This document shows, piece by piece, positions 16,181-24,914 of a stretch of 36,873 nucleotides of DNA. The stretch spans positions 1-36,873 of the forward strand of contig CBFDTI010000004.1 in NCBI GenBank assembly GCA_965612795.1, read 5' to 3'. The notes beneath the pieces were generated by a model that was not told where the DNA came from, did no database searches, and was given only the letters and a program-made list of their open reading frames with translations. Origin of the DNA: an uncultured bacterium (lineage in GTDB: Bacteria > Hydrothermota > UBA3073 > NMUJ01). The position numbers and the translations under genes are program-made. Every line of letters starts with the position of its first letter. Within the stretch, counting starts at the first letter, position 1.

Positions 16181-17920
16181 ATGAAGTTGTTGGATTTGCC
16201 GGACGCACCTGGTGTGTACATATTCAAAGATAAAAAGGGTAAAGTCCTATACGTGGGTAAGGCACGCTCGCTTAAGAAGAGGGTGGCGAGTTACTTCACG
16301 AAGGAGTTACCACCGAAGGTGAAACGATTGATGGAGAAAGTTGCGGATATGGATTATCTGCTTACGAAGTCGGAGGTGGAAGCCCTTATAGTTGAGGCCA
16401 ACCTCATAAAGTTTCACAAACCCAAATATAACATCAGGTTGAAGGATGATAAGAAATATCCGTACATAAAGGTGGCAATTAATGAACCTTTCCCATATGT
16501 GATACCCACACGTGATCTACGTGATAAGCATAGCATATATTTTGGACCATACACCAACGCCAAGACTATGCGACGTGCATTACGTACGGCGGTGAAGATA
16601 TTCAAGGTACGTACATGTCGTGGTAAGCTACCTGATAAGGCGTGTTTAAGCTATTATATTGGTAAATGTTACGCACCATGTGAGGGTAAAATAAGCGAAC
16701 CCGAATACCGTAAGCTGGTGGAGCAGCTTATTGCATTCTTGTCGGGTAAATCCGCCTATGTGGAGCAACAACTGGAAGCTGAGATGAACCAGCTGGCGGC
16801 TGAGCTTAAATTTGAGGAAGCTGCCCGTGTACGTGATAGGTTACGTGCGGTACGTGATATTGTTAACAAACAACGTGCGATATTCTCCACACCTATTGAT
16901 ATGGATGTTATTGGTATCAGTCAATCCGGTCATACTGCATGTATCGAACTACTACGTATACGGGAGGGGCGGTTGTTGGGTGGTGAGCACTACTTCATGG
17001 AGACATTACGTGAGTCGGCAGCTGAGGTGATACGTGCGTTTATGTTGCAGTATTACAAAACAGCGTATTTTGTGCCGGATGAGATTGTTGTCCCATGTGT
17101 GAACGAGGTCGATGCGCTGGCTGAATGGCTATCAGAGAAGAAGGGGCATAAGGTTGAGATAAAAATACCGGATAGGGGTACACGACGTGAGCTGCTGGAG
17201 ATGGCGACCGAGAATGCGATCACACATATGGAGGAAAGTAAGTCACAGGTTAAGGTGGTGCCATCGATTAGCGATTTGCAACGTACGTTGGGGTTGGCAC
17301 AGCCGCCACGTAGGATAGAGGCGTTTGATATATCTAACATACATGGTAAATATGCGGTAGGTTCGTGTGTGGTGTTTGTTGACGGTAAGCCTGACAAACG
17401 TAACTACCGTAGGTTCAGAATACGTACGGTGCAGGGGATAGATGATTATGCGATGATGGAGGAGGTTGTCAAACGTCGGGTAGCCCGTTTACAGAAGGAG
17501 AATAAAAAGTTGCCCGATCTGGTGCTTATCGATGGTGGTGTGGGTCATGTGCGGGTGGCACGTAAAGTGTATCCACCTGAGGTGCCAGTGTTTGGGTTAG
17601 CGAAACGGTTTGAACAGATTATAACGCCTGAAGGTAAGATTTTGAGTGTACCGTTGTCGTCACCGGCGTTGCGGTTGTTACAACGTATACGTAACGAGGC
17701 ACATAGGTTTGCGATCGAATATCATCGTAAATTGCGTGAGAAGCCCGAATCCATACTTGATGCGATACCAGGTGTGGGGGCTAAACGGCGGCAGGCACTT
17801 ATTAAATATTTTGGTAGCCTTGAGCGACTCAAACGCGCATCTATTGATGAGATAACTAAGGTGCCAGGTATAGGCCGTAAATATGCTGAACGTATATATG
17901 AATTCCTACGTAGTGCATGA
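16181..17920 (+). CDS. uvrC: Excinuclease ABC subunit C
   Basis: GIY-YIG (PGVY..YVGKA), Cys-rich segment, UVR domain FEEAARVRD, RNaseH-like IEAFDISN/DDY/PDLVLIDGG, HhH repeats. Confidence 0.97.
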   Translation: MKLLDLPDAPGVYIFKDKKGKVLYVGKARSLKKRVASYFTKELPPKVKRLMEKVADMDYLLTKSEVEALIVEANLIKFHKPKYNIRLKDDKKYPYIKVAINEPFPYVIPTRDLRDKHSIYFGPYTNAKTMRRALRTAVKIFKVRTCRGKLPDKACLSYYIGKCYAPCEGKISEPEYRKLVEQLIAFLSGKSAYVEQQLEAEMNQLAAELKFEEAARVRDRLRAVRDIVNKQRAIFSTPIDMDVIGISQSGHTACIELLRIREGRLLGGEHYFMETLRESAAEVIRAFMLQYYKTAYFVPDEIVVPCVNEVDALAEWLSEKKGHKVEIKIPDRGTRRELLEMATENAITHMEESKSQVKVVPSISDLQRTLGLAQPPRRIEAFDISNIHGKYAVGSCVVFVDGKPDKRNYRRFRIRTVQGIDDYAMMEEVVKRRVARLQKENKKLPDLVLIDGGVGHVRVARKVYPPEVPVFGLAKRFEQIITPEGKILSVPLSSPALRLLQRIRNEAHRFAIEYHRKLREKPESILDAIPGVGAKRRQALIKYFGSLERLKRASIDEITKVPGIGRKYAERIYEFLRSA

Positions 17921-19775
17921 GCTGGAATTCTTGAAGGAGTTGAACCCATCACAACGTACAGCGGTAGAGCTTACGGAAGGTCCTGTACTTGTGATTGCAG
18001 GCCCTGGTAGTGGTAAGACACGTGTACTCACATATAAAGTGGCGTACTTGATAGCTACGAAGAAGGCATCACCTATGCAGATAGTGGCGCTTACGTTTAC
18101 GAATAAGGCAGCTAACGAGATGAAACGCCGTATCGTTGAACTCATAGGGGTGGCGGGTGAGCCAGTTTTTGCGGGTACGTTTCATGCGTTTGCTGCACGT
18201 GTGTTACGGATGTTTGGTGATAAGATTGGGATAGAGCGTAACTTCACGATATATGATGAGAAGGATTCACAGGCATTGATTAAGGATATAATCGAGGAGC
18301 TGGGTTACCAACACGAGAGGGTTTTGACACCATCCTACGTGTATGAGCGTATTGAACGGCTAAAGGAGCGGTTTGTCACACCAGAGGATACACCGATATA
18401 TGAATACCCCGATAGGGAGGTACGTAACATATACCGTGAATATAACGTTAAGCTGCGACACAATAATGCGCTCGATTTTGCAGACTTACTATTCTATGCG
18501 TGGAGGGTGTTGCAAGAGTCGGAGGTTGCACGTGAGCGGTTCGCTAAGAAGTACATACTTGTGGATGAGTATCAGGATACCAACCGTGCACAGTATGAAA
18601 TACTGAAGGTGCTGGCACAAAAGTATAGGAATATTACTGTAGTAGGTGATGAGGATCAATCCATCTACCGGTGGCGTGGTGCTGATATACATAATATACT
18701 GGATTTTGAGAAAGATTTCCCTGATGCTAAGATTATAAGGTTGGAGGAGAATTATCGGTCGACCAAACGCATATTGAGGGTGGCAACACATCTTATAAGT
18801 TTCAACATCCTCCGTAAAGGTAAACAGTTGTACACAACAAACCCTGAGGGTGATAGGGTGAAGATTATCGAAGCTTACGATGAACGTGACGAAGCCCGTA
18901 AGGTGGTAGATATTATTGAGAATGCAGGTCGTAATCTGGGCGATTTCGCCATCCTATATCGGACACATTTTCAGAGCCGTACGTTTGAAGAGGAACTACA
19001 GCGACGCGGTATCCCGTATATTGTGGTGGGTGGGTTAAGGTTTTACGAACGTAAGGAGGTGAAGGATGCACTCGCTTATTTAAAGGTGTTGATGAATCCA
19101 CGTGATACGGTTTCACTTATAAGGGTGATTGAGAACCCACCCAAAGGTATAGGTAAGGTTACGCTGAAGAAGTTACAACAATATGCGGAAAGACATGGCA
19201 ATAGCTTGTATGGGGTGTTACGTGAGGTGGAGGCTATACCTGACATACCTGCACGTATCAAAGGTCACATAATTACGTTATATCAAAATATTGAGAGGTG
19301 GCGTCACCTGGATATGAAGCCGGCGGAGCTACTCGATAAGATATTGGGTGAATCTGGATATTGGGAATGGATCGGTGACGATGAGGAACGTATCGAAAAC
19401 CTACGTGAGTTGATAGCCAGCTTACGTGAGTACGAAGAGCTGGAGGAGTATTTACGTACTGTGGCATTGTTTACGGATATAGATGAGTGGAAAAGCGATC
19501 GCCAGAAGCTAAACCTTATGACATTACATAGTGTGAAGGGGCTCGAATTCCCGATCGTCATACTCACAGGGTTAGAGGAGGGGTTATTCCCACATTATAA
19601 GTCACTTAATGAGCCGGAGGAGCTCGAAGAGGAGCGTCGGCTGTTCTATGTGGGTATAACACGTGCAAAGGAGCGTGTCTACATAACGTATGCGATGAGC
19701 AGGCGTCGACGTGTATGTATGAGGTCGCGCTTCCTGAATGAATTACCCAGCGAGGAGATAGATTTCGAATGGTAA
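17913..19775 (+). CDS. uvrD: UvrD/PcrA/Rep SF1 DNA helicase
   Basis: AGPGSGKT, TFTNKAA, VDEYQDTN, VGDEDQSIY.WRGA, LEENYRST, TLHSVKGLEF, EERRLFYVGITRA. Start taken at GTG 17913 overlapping the uvrC end (ORF track starts at 17883). Confidence 0.93.
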   Translation: MHELEFLKELNPSQRTAVELTEGPVLVIAGPGSGKTRVLTYKVAYLIATKKASPMQIVALTFTNKAANEMKRRIVELIGVAGEPVFAGTFHAFAARVLRMFGDKIGIERNFTIYDEKDSQALIKDIIEELGYQHERVLTPSYVYERIERLKERFVTPEDTPIYEYPDREVRNIYREYNVKLRHNNALDFADLLFYAWRVLQESEVARERFAKKYILVDEYQDTNRAQYEILKVLAQKYRNITVVGDEDQSIYRWRGADIHNILDFEKDFPDAKIIRLEENYRSTKRILRVATHLISFNILRKGKQLYTTNPEGDRVKIIEAYDERDEARKVVDIIENAGRNLGDFAILYRTHFQSRTFEEELQRRGIPYIVVGGLRFYERKEVKDALAYLKVLMNPRDTVSLIRVIENPPKGIGKVTLKKLQQYAERHGNSLYGVLREVEAIPDIPARIKGHIITLYQNIERWRHLDMKPAELLDKILGESGYWEWIGDDEERIENLRELIASLREYEELEEYLRTVALFTDIDEWKSDRQKLNLMTLHSVKGLEFPIVILTGLEEGLFPHYKSLNEPEELEEERRLFYVGITRAKERVYITYAMSRRRRVCMRSRFLNELPSEEIDFEW

Positions 19776-19796
19776 CCATATTCATCATTTAAACAA

Positions 19797-20561
19797 ATGA
19801 TAGCATTGTTGTTTATTATCGGGTTACGGGTGGTGTCGTTGGCACCCAACATCACGGAGATAATCTATGCGATAGGTGCAGATAGTGAGCTGGTGGGCGT
19901 GGTAACCCCTTGCGACTATCCACCAGGTATTGATAAGCCGATCGTGGGGTCGTTTATGGTGCCAAATTACGAGAAAATACAGGTATTAGAGCCGGATATG
20001 GTGTTGACAACAGGTGGGGTACAGGAAAGGATAGCGAATGGGTTGAAGAAATTAGGCTTACATGTGGAGGTGATCCGAACGGAGAGTATTGACGAAATAT
20101 TTACAGCTATCGATACCATAGGTAAGCTGTTGGGTTACGAACGGCAGGCAGATTCGTTAGTAAAGGCATTACGTGAAAAGCTTAGCAAGTTGTCTCAACC
20201 ATCACATAGATGGCGTGTATACGTGGAGATATGGTATAACCCGATAATCACGGTAGGTAGAAGGGGTTACATAAACGAGATAGTGCAGCTGGCAGGTGGA
20301 TACAACATAGGTGATACAATAGATGCAACATATCCGGTGGTGAGCCCTGAGTGGGTGGTGACACAAAGCCCAGAAGTTATACTCATGTTGTGTGAGGATG
20401 CACCACCGCCGGGTGATAGGATAGGCTGGCAATCCGTGCCTGCGGTTAGGTACAATAGGGTGTTGGTGCCAGAAGATCTCAACATATTTCTGCGACCGGG
20501 CCCCAGGGTGGTCGATGCTATCAAGTGGCTGAATGAAAAATTGTGTAAGATGAAGCCTTAG
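19797..20561 (+). CDS. Cobalamin/Fe-siderophore ABC substrate-binding protein (BtuF-like)
   Basis: RVVSLAPNITEI..AIG..LVGV..CDYP, E.I..L.PD.V, AGG.N, V..E.V...P, RPGPR. No permease gene nearby. Confidence 0.85.
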   Translation: MIALLFIIGLRVVSLAPNITEIIYAIGADSELVGVVTPCDYPPGIDKPIVGSFMVPNYEKIQVLEPDMVLTTGGVQERIANGLKKLGLHVEVIRTESIDEIFTAIDTIGKLLGYERQADSLVKALREKLSKLSQPSHRWRVYVEIWYNPIITVGRRGYINEIVQLAGGYNIGDTIDATYPVVSPEWVVTQSPEVILMLCEDAPPPGDRIGWQSVPAVRYNRVLVPEDLNIFLRPGPRVVDAIKWLNEKLCKMKP

Positions 20562-20614
20562 ATGCCAGCTATTGACATTCTATAACTTATTGTGGAGCTC
20601 GATTCACGAATAGC

Positions 20615-21562
20615 CTAAACTTGTGCCTTATATATCGCTTTATATAATCTTTCACCCAATTTTATTATGTCTTTGGCTCTTGCAATCCTGGCTACCCATT
20701 TTTGAGGTAGTCCATCGTAACCGTAATATATACCTGCTAATCCCCCGGCAACTGCTCCTAAAGTGTCGGTATCACCACCAAGATTCACTGCAGTGAGCAC
20801 GGTATCTGCATAGGAATTGCTATTGAGGAGACACCACAAACTTGCTTCTAATGTATCTACTACATAGCTGCTTGACTTGATAGCATTCTCTGGTAACCTT
20901 GATATGTCAGATTCGATGATCCTTTTGAAATGGTGTAATTCTGTGATATATGGCCATTTTGAATAGTAATCTGAAACGGTACACTTCATACTTTCGTATG
21001 CTTCTTCTGGGGTGTTACCTTTGAAGAGGTTGATTGCAACTTGAATATAAATTCCACACGCTATCTGTGAACGTAAATGTCTATGTGTTAAACAGGATAC
21101 TTGGTGAGTGATTTCAAATTGCTGTTCTATATCACTTTTTTCTAGATAGAATGCTAACGGTAGGATTCTCATAAGTGAACCGTTGCCGTTGCTAAATTCA
21201 TCGTCTGGACCTGCTTCTAAAGGATTAACGCCTTCTTTCAACCGGGCGATAGCGATACGGGTTGTATTTCCAACGTCGAAAACCTTACCATAGGGTGTCC
21301 AATAGCCTTCGTATAGCCATTTTATGAATTTAGCTGCAATATCCTGAAGGTTAAGCCCATTACAAAGAGATTCAGCCAGACAAAAAGTAAGCGAGCTATC
21401 GTCAGACCAGGTGCCTGGAGGTTGATTATGAGTACCGTAGCCGATCATGTCAGTTACTGGGGTTGCTTTTAAAGCGCTTCTGGGTTTGAATTCCACAGGG
21501 AGGCCGAGTGCATCTCCGATACATAACCCTAAAAGTCCACCGATTATTTTGTTCCTTTTCAT
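20615..21562 (-). CDS. ADP-ribosylglycohydrolase (DraG/ARH family)
   Basis: GDALG.PVEF, WSDDS, GNGSLMR, TH, VNLGGDTDT..AVAGGLAG. Start taken at ATG 21562 (AGGGA upstream); visibly AT-richer with AGA/AGG Arg codons. Confidence 0.92.
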   Translation of the reverse strand: MKRNKIIGGLLGLCIGDALGLPVEFKPRSALKATPVTDMIGYGTHNQPPGTWSDDSSLTFCLAESLCNGLNLQDIAAKFIKWLYEGYWTPYGKVFDVGNTTRIAIARLKEGVNPLEAGPDDEFSNGNGSLMRILPLAFYLEKSDIEQQFEITHQVSCLTHRHLRSQIACGIYIQVAINLFKGNTPEEAYESMKCTVSDYYSKWPYITELHHFKRIIESDISRLPENAIKSSSYVVDTLEASLWCLLNSNSYADTVLTAVNLGGDTDTLGAVAGGLAGIYYGYDGLPQKWVARIARAKDIIKLGERLYKAIYKAQV

Positions 21563-21569
21563 GATTCCC

Positions 21570-21665
21570 TTAAGTACGATAGTATTGCGATGAATTATTG
21601 TCTTTAGCAATTTTCAGGTCGTTTTCTGCTTTTAATATCCACTTTTTTGATAATTCAATGCTCAT
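21570..21665 (-). pseudogene. Truncated HEPN-domain gene (N-terminal helix only)
   Basis: MSIELSKKWILKAENDLKIAKDNNSSQYYRT*; W..KAE.DL..A is the typical HEPN N-terminus; ATGA-coupled to the upstream MNT remnant. Confidence 0.65.
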
Positions 21666-21769
21666 ATCTCAACACCTTCTTTTAAGACATAATAAGTAAG
21701 GTAGCCGATATCATTTTTCCGTTTTTCAAAGGTAGCAGAAGACTGAATAATTATATCGTTGGTATCTTC
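21662..21769 (-). pseudogene. C-terminal remnant of a minimal nucleotidyltransferase (MNT) antitoxin
   Basis: EDTNDIIIQSSATFEKRKNDIGYLTYYVLKEGVEI*; DI+I....F..RK...G......LKEGV resembles MNT C-termini; no N-terminal GS..D.D motif, begins right after the acyP stop. Confidence 0.6.
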
Positions 21770-21771
21770 TC

Positions 21772-22053
21772 TCACCAGAACCTTATCCTGAAATCCTTGA
21801 ACTCACCCTTATAGGGGTGCCATGTAACACGTACATCTTCGACGGAGGCGAACCTTGGCCCTACCTTAAGTTCACGTATTAGCTCCTCGATAAGGCTACG
21901 AGCACCCTCGACAACAACCTCAACATCACCATCTGGTAAATTACGTACGTAACCGGTGAGCCCCAACTGTTTAGCGTAACGTTCGACGAACCATCGATAA
22001 CCGACACCTTGTACGAGCCCCTTTACAATGATGTGTGCACGTACGTCAGACAT
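21772..22053 (-). CDS. acyP: Acylphosphatase
   Basis: VKGLVQGVGYR, GYVRNLPDG.VE, GP..A.V; start ATG 22053. Confidence 0.93.
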   Translation of the reverse strand: MSDVRAHIIVKGLVQGVGYRWFVERYAKQLGLTGYVRNLPDGDVEVVVEGARSLIEELIRELKVGPRFASVEDVRVTWHPYKGEFKDFRIRFW

Positions 22054-22054
22054 T

Positions 22055-22498
22055 TTATGGCTCAAACACCAGGTTAACCGCCTCATCAGGGGTGGCAGCT
22101 TTTATCACCCCTGGTATATCCCACGTGTTGAGCCCAACCACTGGCTTACCCAGTGATACCGCTATAGCGATCTCCGATAGTGTGCCATACTTGCCGTCGA
22201 TTGCTATCAATGCATCAGCTGTCTTTACGATGACGATGTTACGTGCTTCACCCATACCCGTGACTATGGGTATATCAACGTAGGGGTTGGCGGGTTCACG
22301 TGAATCACCTGGCAATATACCAACTGTTAACCCACCCGCTTCTTTTGCACCCCTACATGCGGCTTCCATCACCCCAGTGAGTCCACCCGTCACGAGTATC
22401 GCACCACGTTTGGCGACTAATTTACCAACCTCATACGCTAAATCCAGTGACTTCGTGTCAGGTGCTTTACCACCCACCACAGCTATGATTTTAGTCAT
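22055..22498 (-). CDS. LOG/SLOG family protein (TIGR00725-like)
   Basis: TGGLTGVMEAACRGA..AGG.TVGILPG, TGMGEARN, GKYGTLSEI. Start ATG 22498 or 22531. Confidence 0.88.
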   Translation of the reverse strand: MTKIIAVVGGKAPDTKSLDLAYEVGKLVAKRGAILVTGGLTGVMEAACRGAKEAGGLTVGILPGDSREPANPYVDIPIVTGMGEARNIVIVKTADALIAIDGKYGTLSEIAIAVSLGKPVVGLNTWDIPGVIKAATPDEAVNLVFEP

Positions 22499-22514
22499 TA
22501 TTCTAAAGTAAACC

Positions 22515-23690
22515 CTATGCCGGTGAGGCAACTCTTTTGCTACCTAACTTATTGGCTTCGGTTTGAAGTATACCCAAGTATATCCAGAATGGGTACGTGT
22601 AATTCAGCAATAGCAACGTCTTATCTATGAGGTTCGATATACATGCAAAGACGATGGCAAGCCCCATCAACATACATAAAGGGTCGTGCTTGAGGGAGCG
22701 AAAATTTGTAACCGCGACACCGATCAGCAACATAAATGTTAACAACCCCAACGCACCTATCTCAACAAGCAAACTTTCGTAAATACAGTGTATATAGTCG
22801 TAATTTTTGAGCCTATCCCATACGTCACGTGGCAGATAATGGGGTAATAGATGCTTTGTACCACCCAACCCCACACCCAGCAGCTTATTGTGTGTCTTGT
22901 ATATCTCTATACCCGCTTTCATAAGGATAAGCCGCGGTGCCTGCCCTTCAGCTGAGGTGCCATCCATGATGTGCCATCTGCTTAAGAGGTCAGCAACCGC
23001 ACCCGGTACAAGTGGTTGAGCGACTGCAAAGCATATGAGAAATATGAGTAGTATTCGACGTAATCTGCGGTTATGCGAAATGTACAACCCTATTGATAGT
23101 GTTATCAATATTGCAAAGTAGCCACCCCATGTTTTGGTAAAAAGTACAGCGATAGCACATATCGGTATTACAGGTAACCACCGTATATCCCTATAGACGA
23201 GGTACAAGCTCACAATCATCACCAGTGTAAGGAAATGCGCAAGTATGATTGGGTTAGGTGTGAACCCGGTGATACCCCCGTTTTGGGGTGGATAGATCAC
23301 GTAGCGGGTACCGAGTTTTAGCGCAATTGGATGAAATATCTGTACTATACCGGTGATTGCGAATATGCAGCCGACGATTGATAGTAGCTTTAGGATGTGT
23401 TCCGTATCATCACTGTACTTGCGTGCAAGGAAATACAAACTAAGCGGTAACAGGAACGCACATACAAGTGTAAGATGCTCATATCTGTTGATAGCCACCA
23501 ACGTGGTAAGCAACATCGCACCCAACATGATCAATAGCAGGTAATCATTACGGTGGATATGCACACCTTGCCGATATATTAACCATGTGAGGTATGATAG
23601 GATGATGAATAATGCACCTACGTATACTTGGAAGGGTAACAAGAAAAGTGCGATATAGAACCATAACTTATCGTAATGAAGTTTATGCAT
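22515..23690 (-). CDS. O-antigen ligase / Wzy_C-family membrane protein
   Basis: About 10-12 hydrophobic segments; GF.PNP..LA, T..WGG, periplasmic loop with R..L...G, LLGVGLG, H..Y..LLVEIG.LGL. Start uncertain (23690 preferred). Confidence 0.75.
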   Translation of the reverse strand: MHKLHYDKLWFYIALFLLPFQVYVGALFIILSYLTWLIYRQGVHIHRNDYLLLIMLGAMLLTTLVAINRYEHLTLVCAFLLPLSLYFLARKYSDDTEHILKLLSIVGCIFAITGIVQIFHPIALKLGTRYVIYPPQNGGITGFTPNPIILAHFLTLVMIVSLYLVYRDIRWLPVIPICAIAVLFTKTWGGYFAILITLSIGLYISHNRRLRRILLIFLICFAVAQPLVPGAVADLLSRWHIMDGTSAEGQAPRLILMKAGIEIYKTHNKLLGVGLGGTKHLLPHYLPRDVWDRLKNYDYIHCIYESLLVEIGALGLLTFMLLIGVAVTNFRSLKHDPLCMLMGLAIVFACISNLIDKTLLLLNYTYPFWIYLGILQTEANKLGSKRVASPA

Positions 23691-24162
23691 GATCACTGAG
23701 GTGACCCGTGACAATGGCATATGCGGCGATAGCTTTACCTTCACCTATGGGGCCCAAGCGCTCGTTGGTTTTGGCCTTGACAGAGACATGGTCGATTGCC
23801 AGTGCGAGCAGTTTCGCAATACTTGCACGCATCTTATCGATATATGGGGCTAACCGTGGTTGCTCACATATCACAATGGTATCGACATGTAATACTTTAA
23901 TATTTGTCAACTCCATACAACGTTTGAGGATGAGCTTGCTGTCAACGTCTTTCCATTCAGCTGCAGTATCCGGGAAATGTGTCCCTATGTCACCCTTACA
24001 TGCACAACCGAGTATAGCATCAGCTATCGCATGTAACAGGACATCGCCATCAGAGTGGCCGATCAGCCCCTTATCGAACGGTATTTCGATACCACCAAGT
24101 ACCAACCGCCTGCCAGGAGCTAGTCTGTGTATATCGTAGCCAATGCCGACACAAAGCTTCAT
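23683..24162 (-). CDS. ispF: 2-C-methyl-D-erythritol 2,4-cyclodiphosphate synthase
   Basis: GIGYDIH, GHSDGDVLLHAIADAILG, DIGTHFPDT, SVKAKTNE.LG. Confidence 0.96.
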   Translation of the reverse strand: MKLCVGIGYDIHRLAPGRRLVLGGIEIPFDKGLIGHSDGDVLLHAIADAILGCACKGDIGTHFPDTAAEWKDVDSKLILKRCMELTNIKVLHVDTIVICEQPRLAPYIDKMRASIAKLLALAIDHVSVKAKTNERLGPIGEGKAIAAYAIVTGHLSDHA

Positions 24163-24914
24163 AGGTTATGTTTTATATATTCGTAGGCGTTGACAAAAAA
24201 CTTTATCCCTACTGGGTCGGTAGCACCTATGTTCCATGACGGGTGTTGGTAGGGGAATATGAAGCGTTCAGGATGTGGCATCAATCCCAGCACCCTACCT
24301 GTGCTGTCGATAATACCGGCGATTGCGTGCATTGAGCCGTTCGGGTTGTGCGGGTATTCCATTGTGGGGTTACCGTGTTTATCCACGTATTTGAGTGCTA
24401 TCTCGTTACGGTGTTCGAGTTCTTCAATATACGATGTATCACCTACGAGTCTACCCTCTGCATGTGCTACAGGTAAATCGAATACATCCAACCCCTTTGT
24501 GAATACACACTTATGAGTGGTGGATTTGAGGCGTATCCAACGACATTCGAAATGCCCGGATAGGTTGGTCACCAGCGATATTTTGCCATCACCTAAGATG
24601 TTACTTTTGACGAGCACCTGAAACCCATTACATATACCGAGTATAAGTTTACCGGCTTGTATGAAAGCTTCTATCTCGCTTTTAAGGTAGCGTTTGAGCT
24701 TAAGTGCTAGTACTTTACCGCTGGCTATATCGTCACCATAGGTGAACCCCCCAGGCAACACCAGCAGTTCATATCTATGTAGTGTATCAGGTGCACGCAC
24801 GAGGTTGTCAATATAATGGTAATCGACGGTAAAGCCTACCTGCTTCAATGCGAACGCAGTCTCTTGGTCACAGTTGGTACCAGGTGCATAGAGTAGAAGT
24901 GCATGTGGCATCAA
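24159..24914 (-). CDS. purQ: Phosphoribosylformylglycinamidine synthase glutaminase subunit
   Basis: [36 protein letters not shown]. Confidence 0.95.
   Translation of the reverse strand: MMPHALLLYAPGTNCDQETAFALKQVGFTVDYHYIDNLVRAPDTLHRYELLVLPGGFTYGDDIASGKVLALKLKRYLKSEIEAFIQAGKLILGICNGFQVLVKSNILGDGKISLVTNLSGHFECRWIRLKSTTHKCVFTKGLDVFDLPVAHAEGRLVGDTSYIEELEHRNEIALKYVDKHGNPTMEYPHNPNGSMHAIAGIIDSTGRVLGLMPHPERFIFPYQHPSWNIGATDPVGIKFFVNAYEYIKHNL

Noticed and set aside
19740..19796. Cobalamin riboswitch upstream of the btuF-like gene
   Set aside because: Only 21 nt of intergenic space and no B12-box seen.
20572..20600. Perfect TTGACA after the btuF-like gene
   Set aside because: No matching -10 box 15-17 nt downstream and no plus-strand gene; at most a promoter relic at the insert edge.
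20562..20614. Intrinsic terminator between convergent genes (also checked 16097-16180 and 29253-29351)
   Set aside because: No convincing GC hairpin with a U-tract was found.
15302..21562. Sirtuin plus ADP-ribosylglycohydrolase as one ADP-ribosylation system
   Set aside because: They are 4.5 kb apart, on opposite strands, with different composition; the sirtuin is a standard deacylase type, not SirTM.
21563..21610. TTG start of the ADP-ribosylglycohydrolase at 21610
   Set aside because: It lies inside the HEPN remnant; family similarity starts near ATG 21562.
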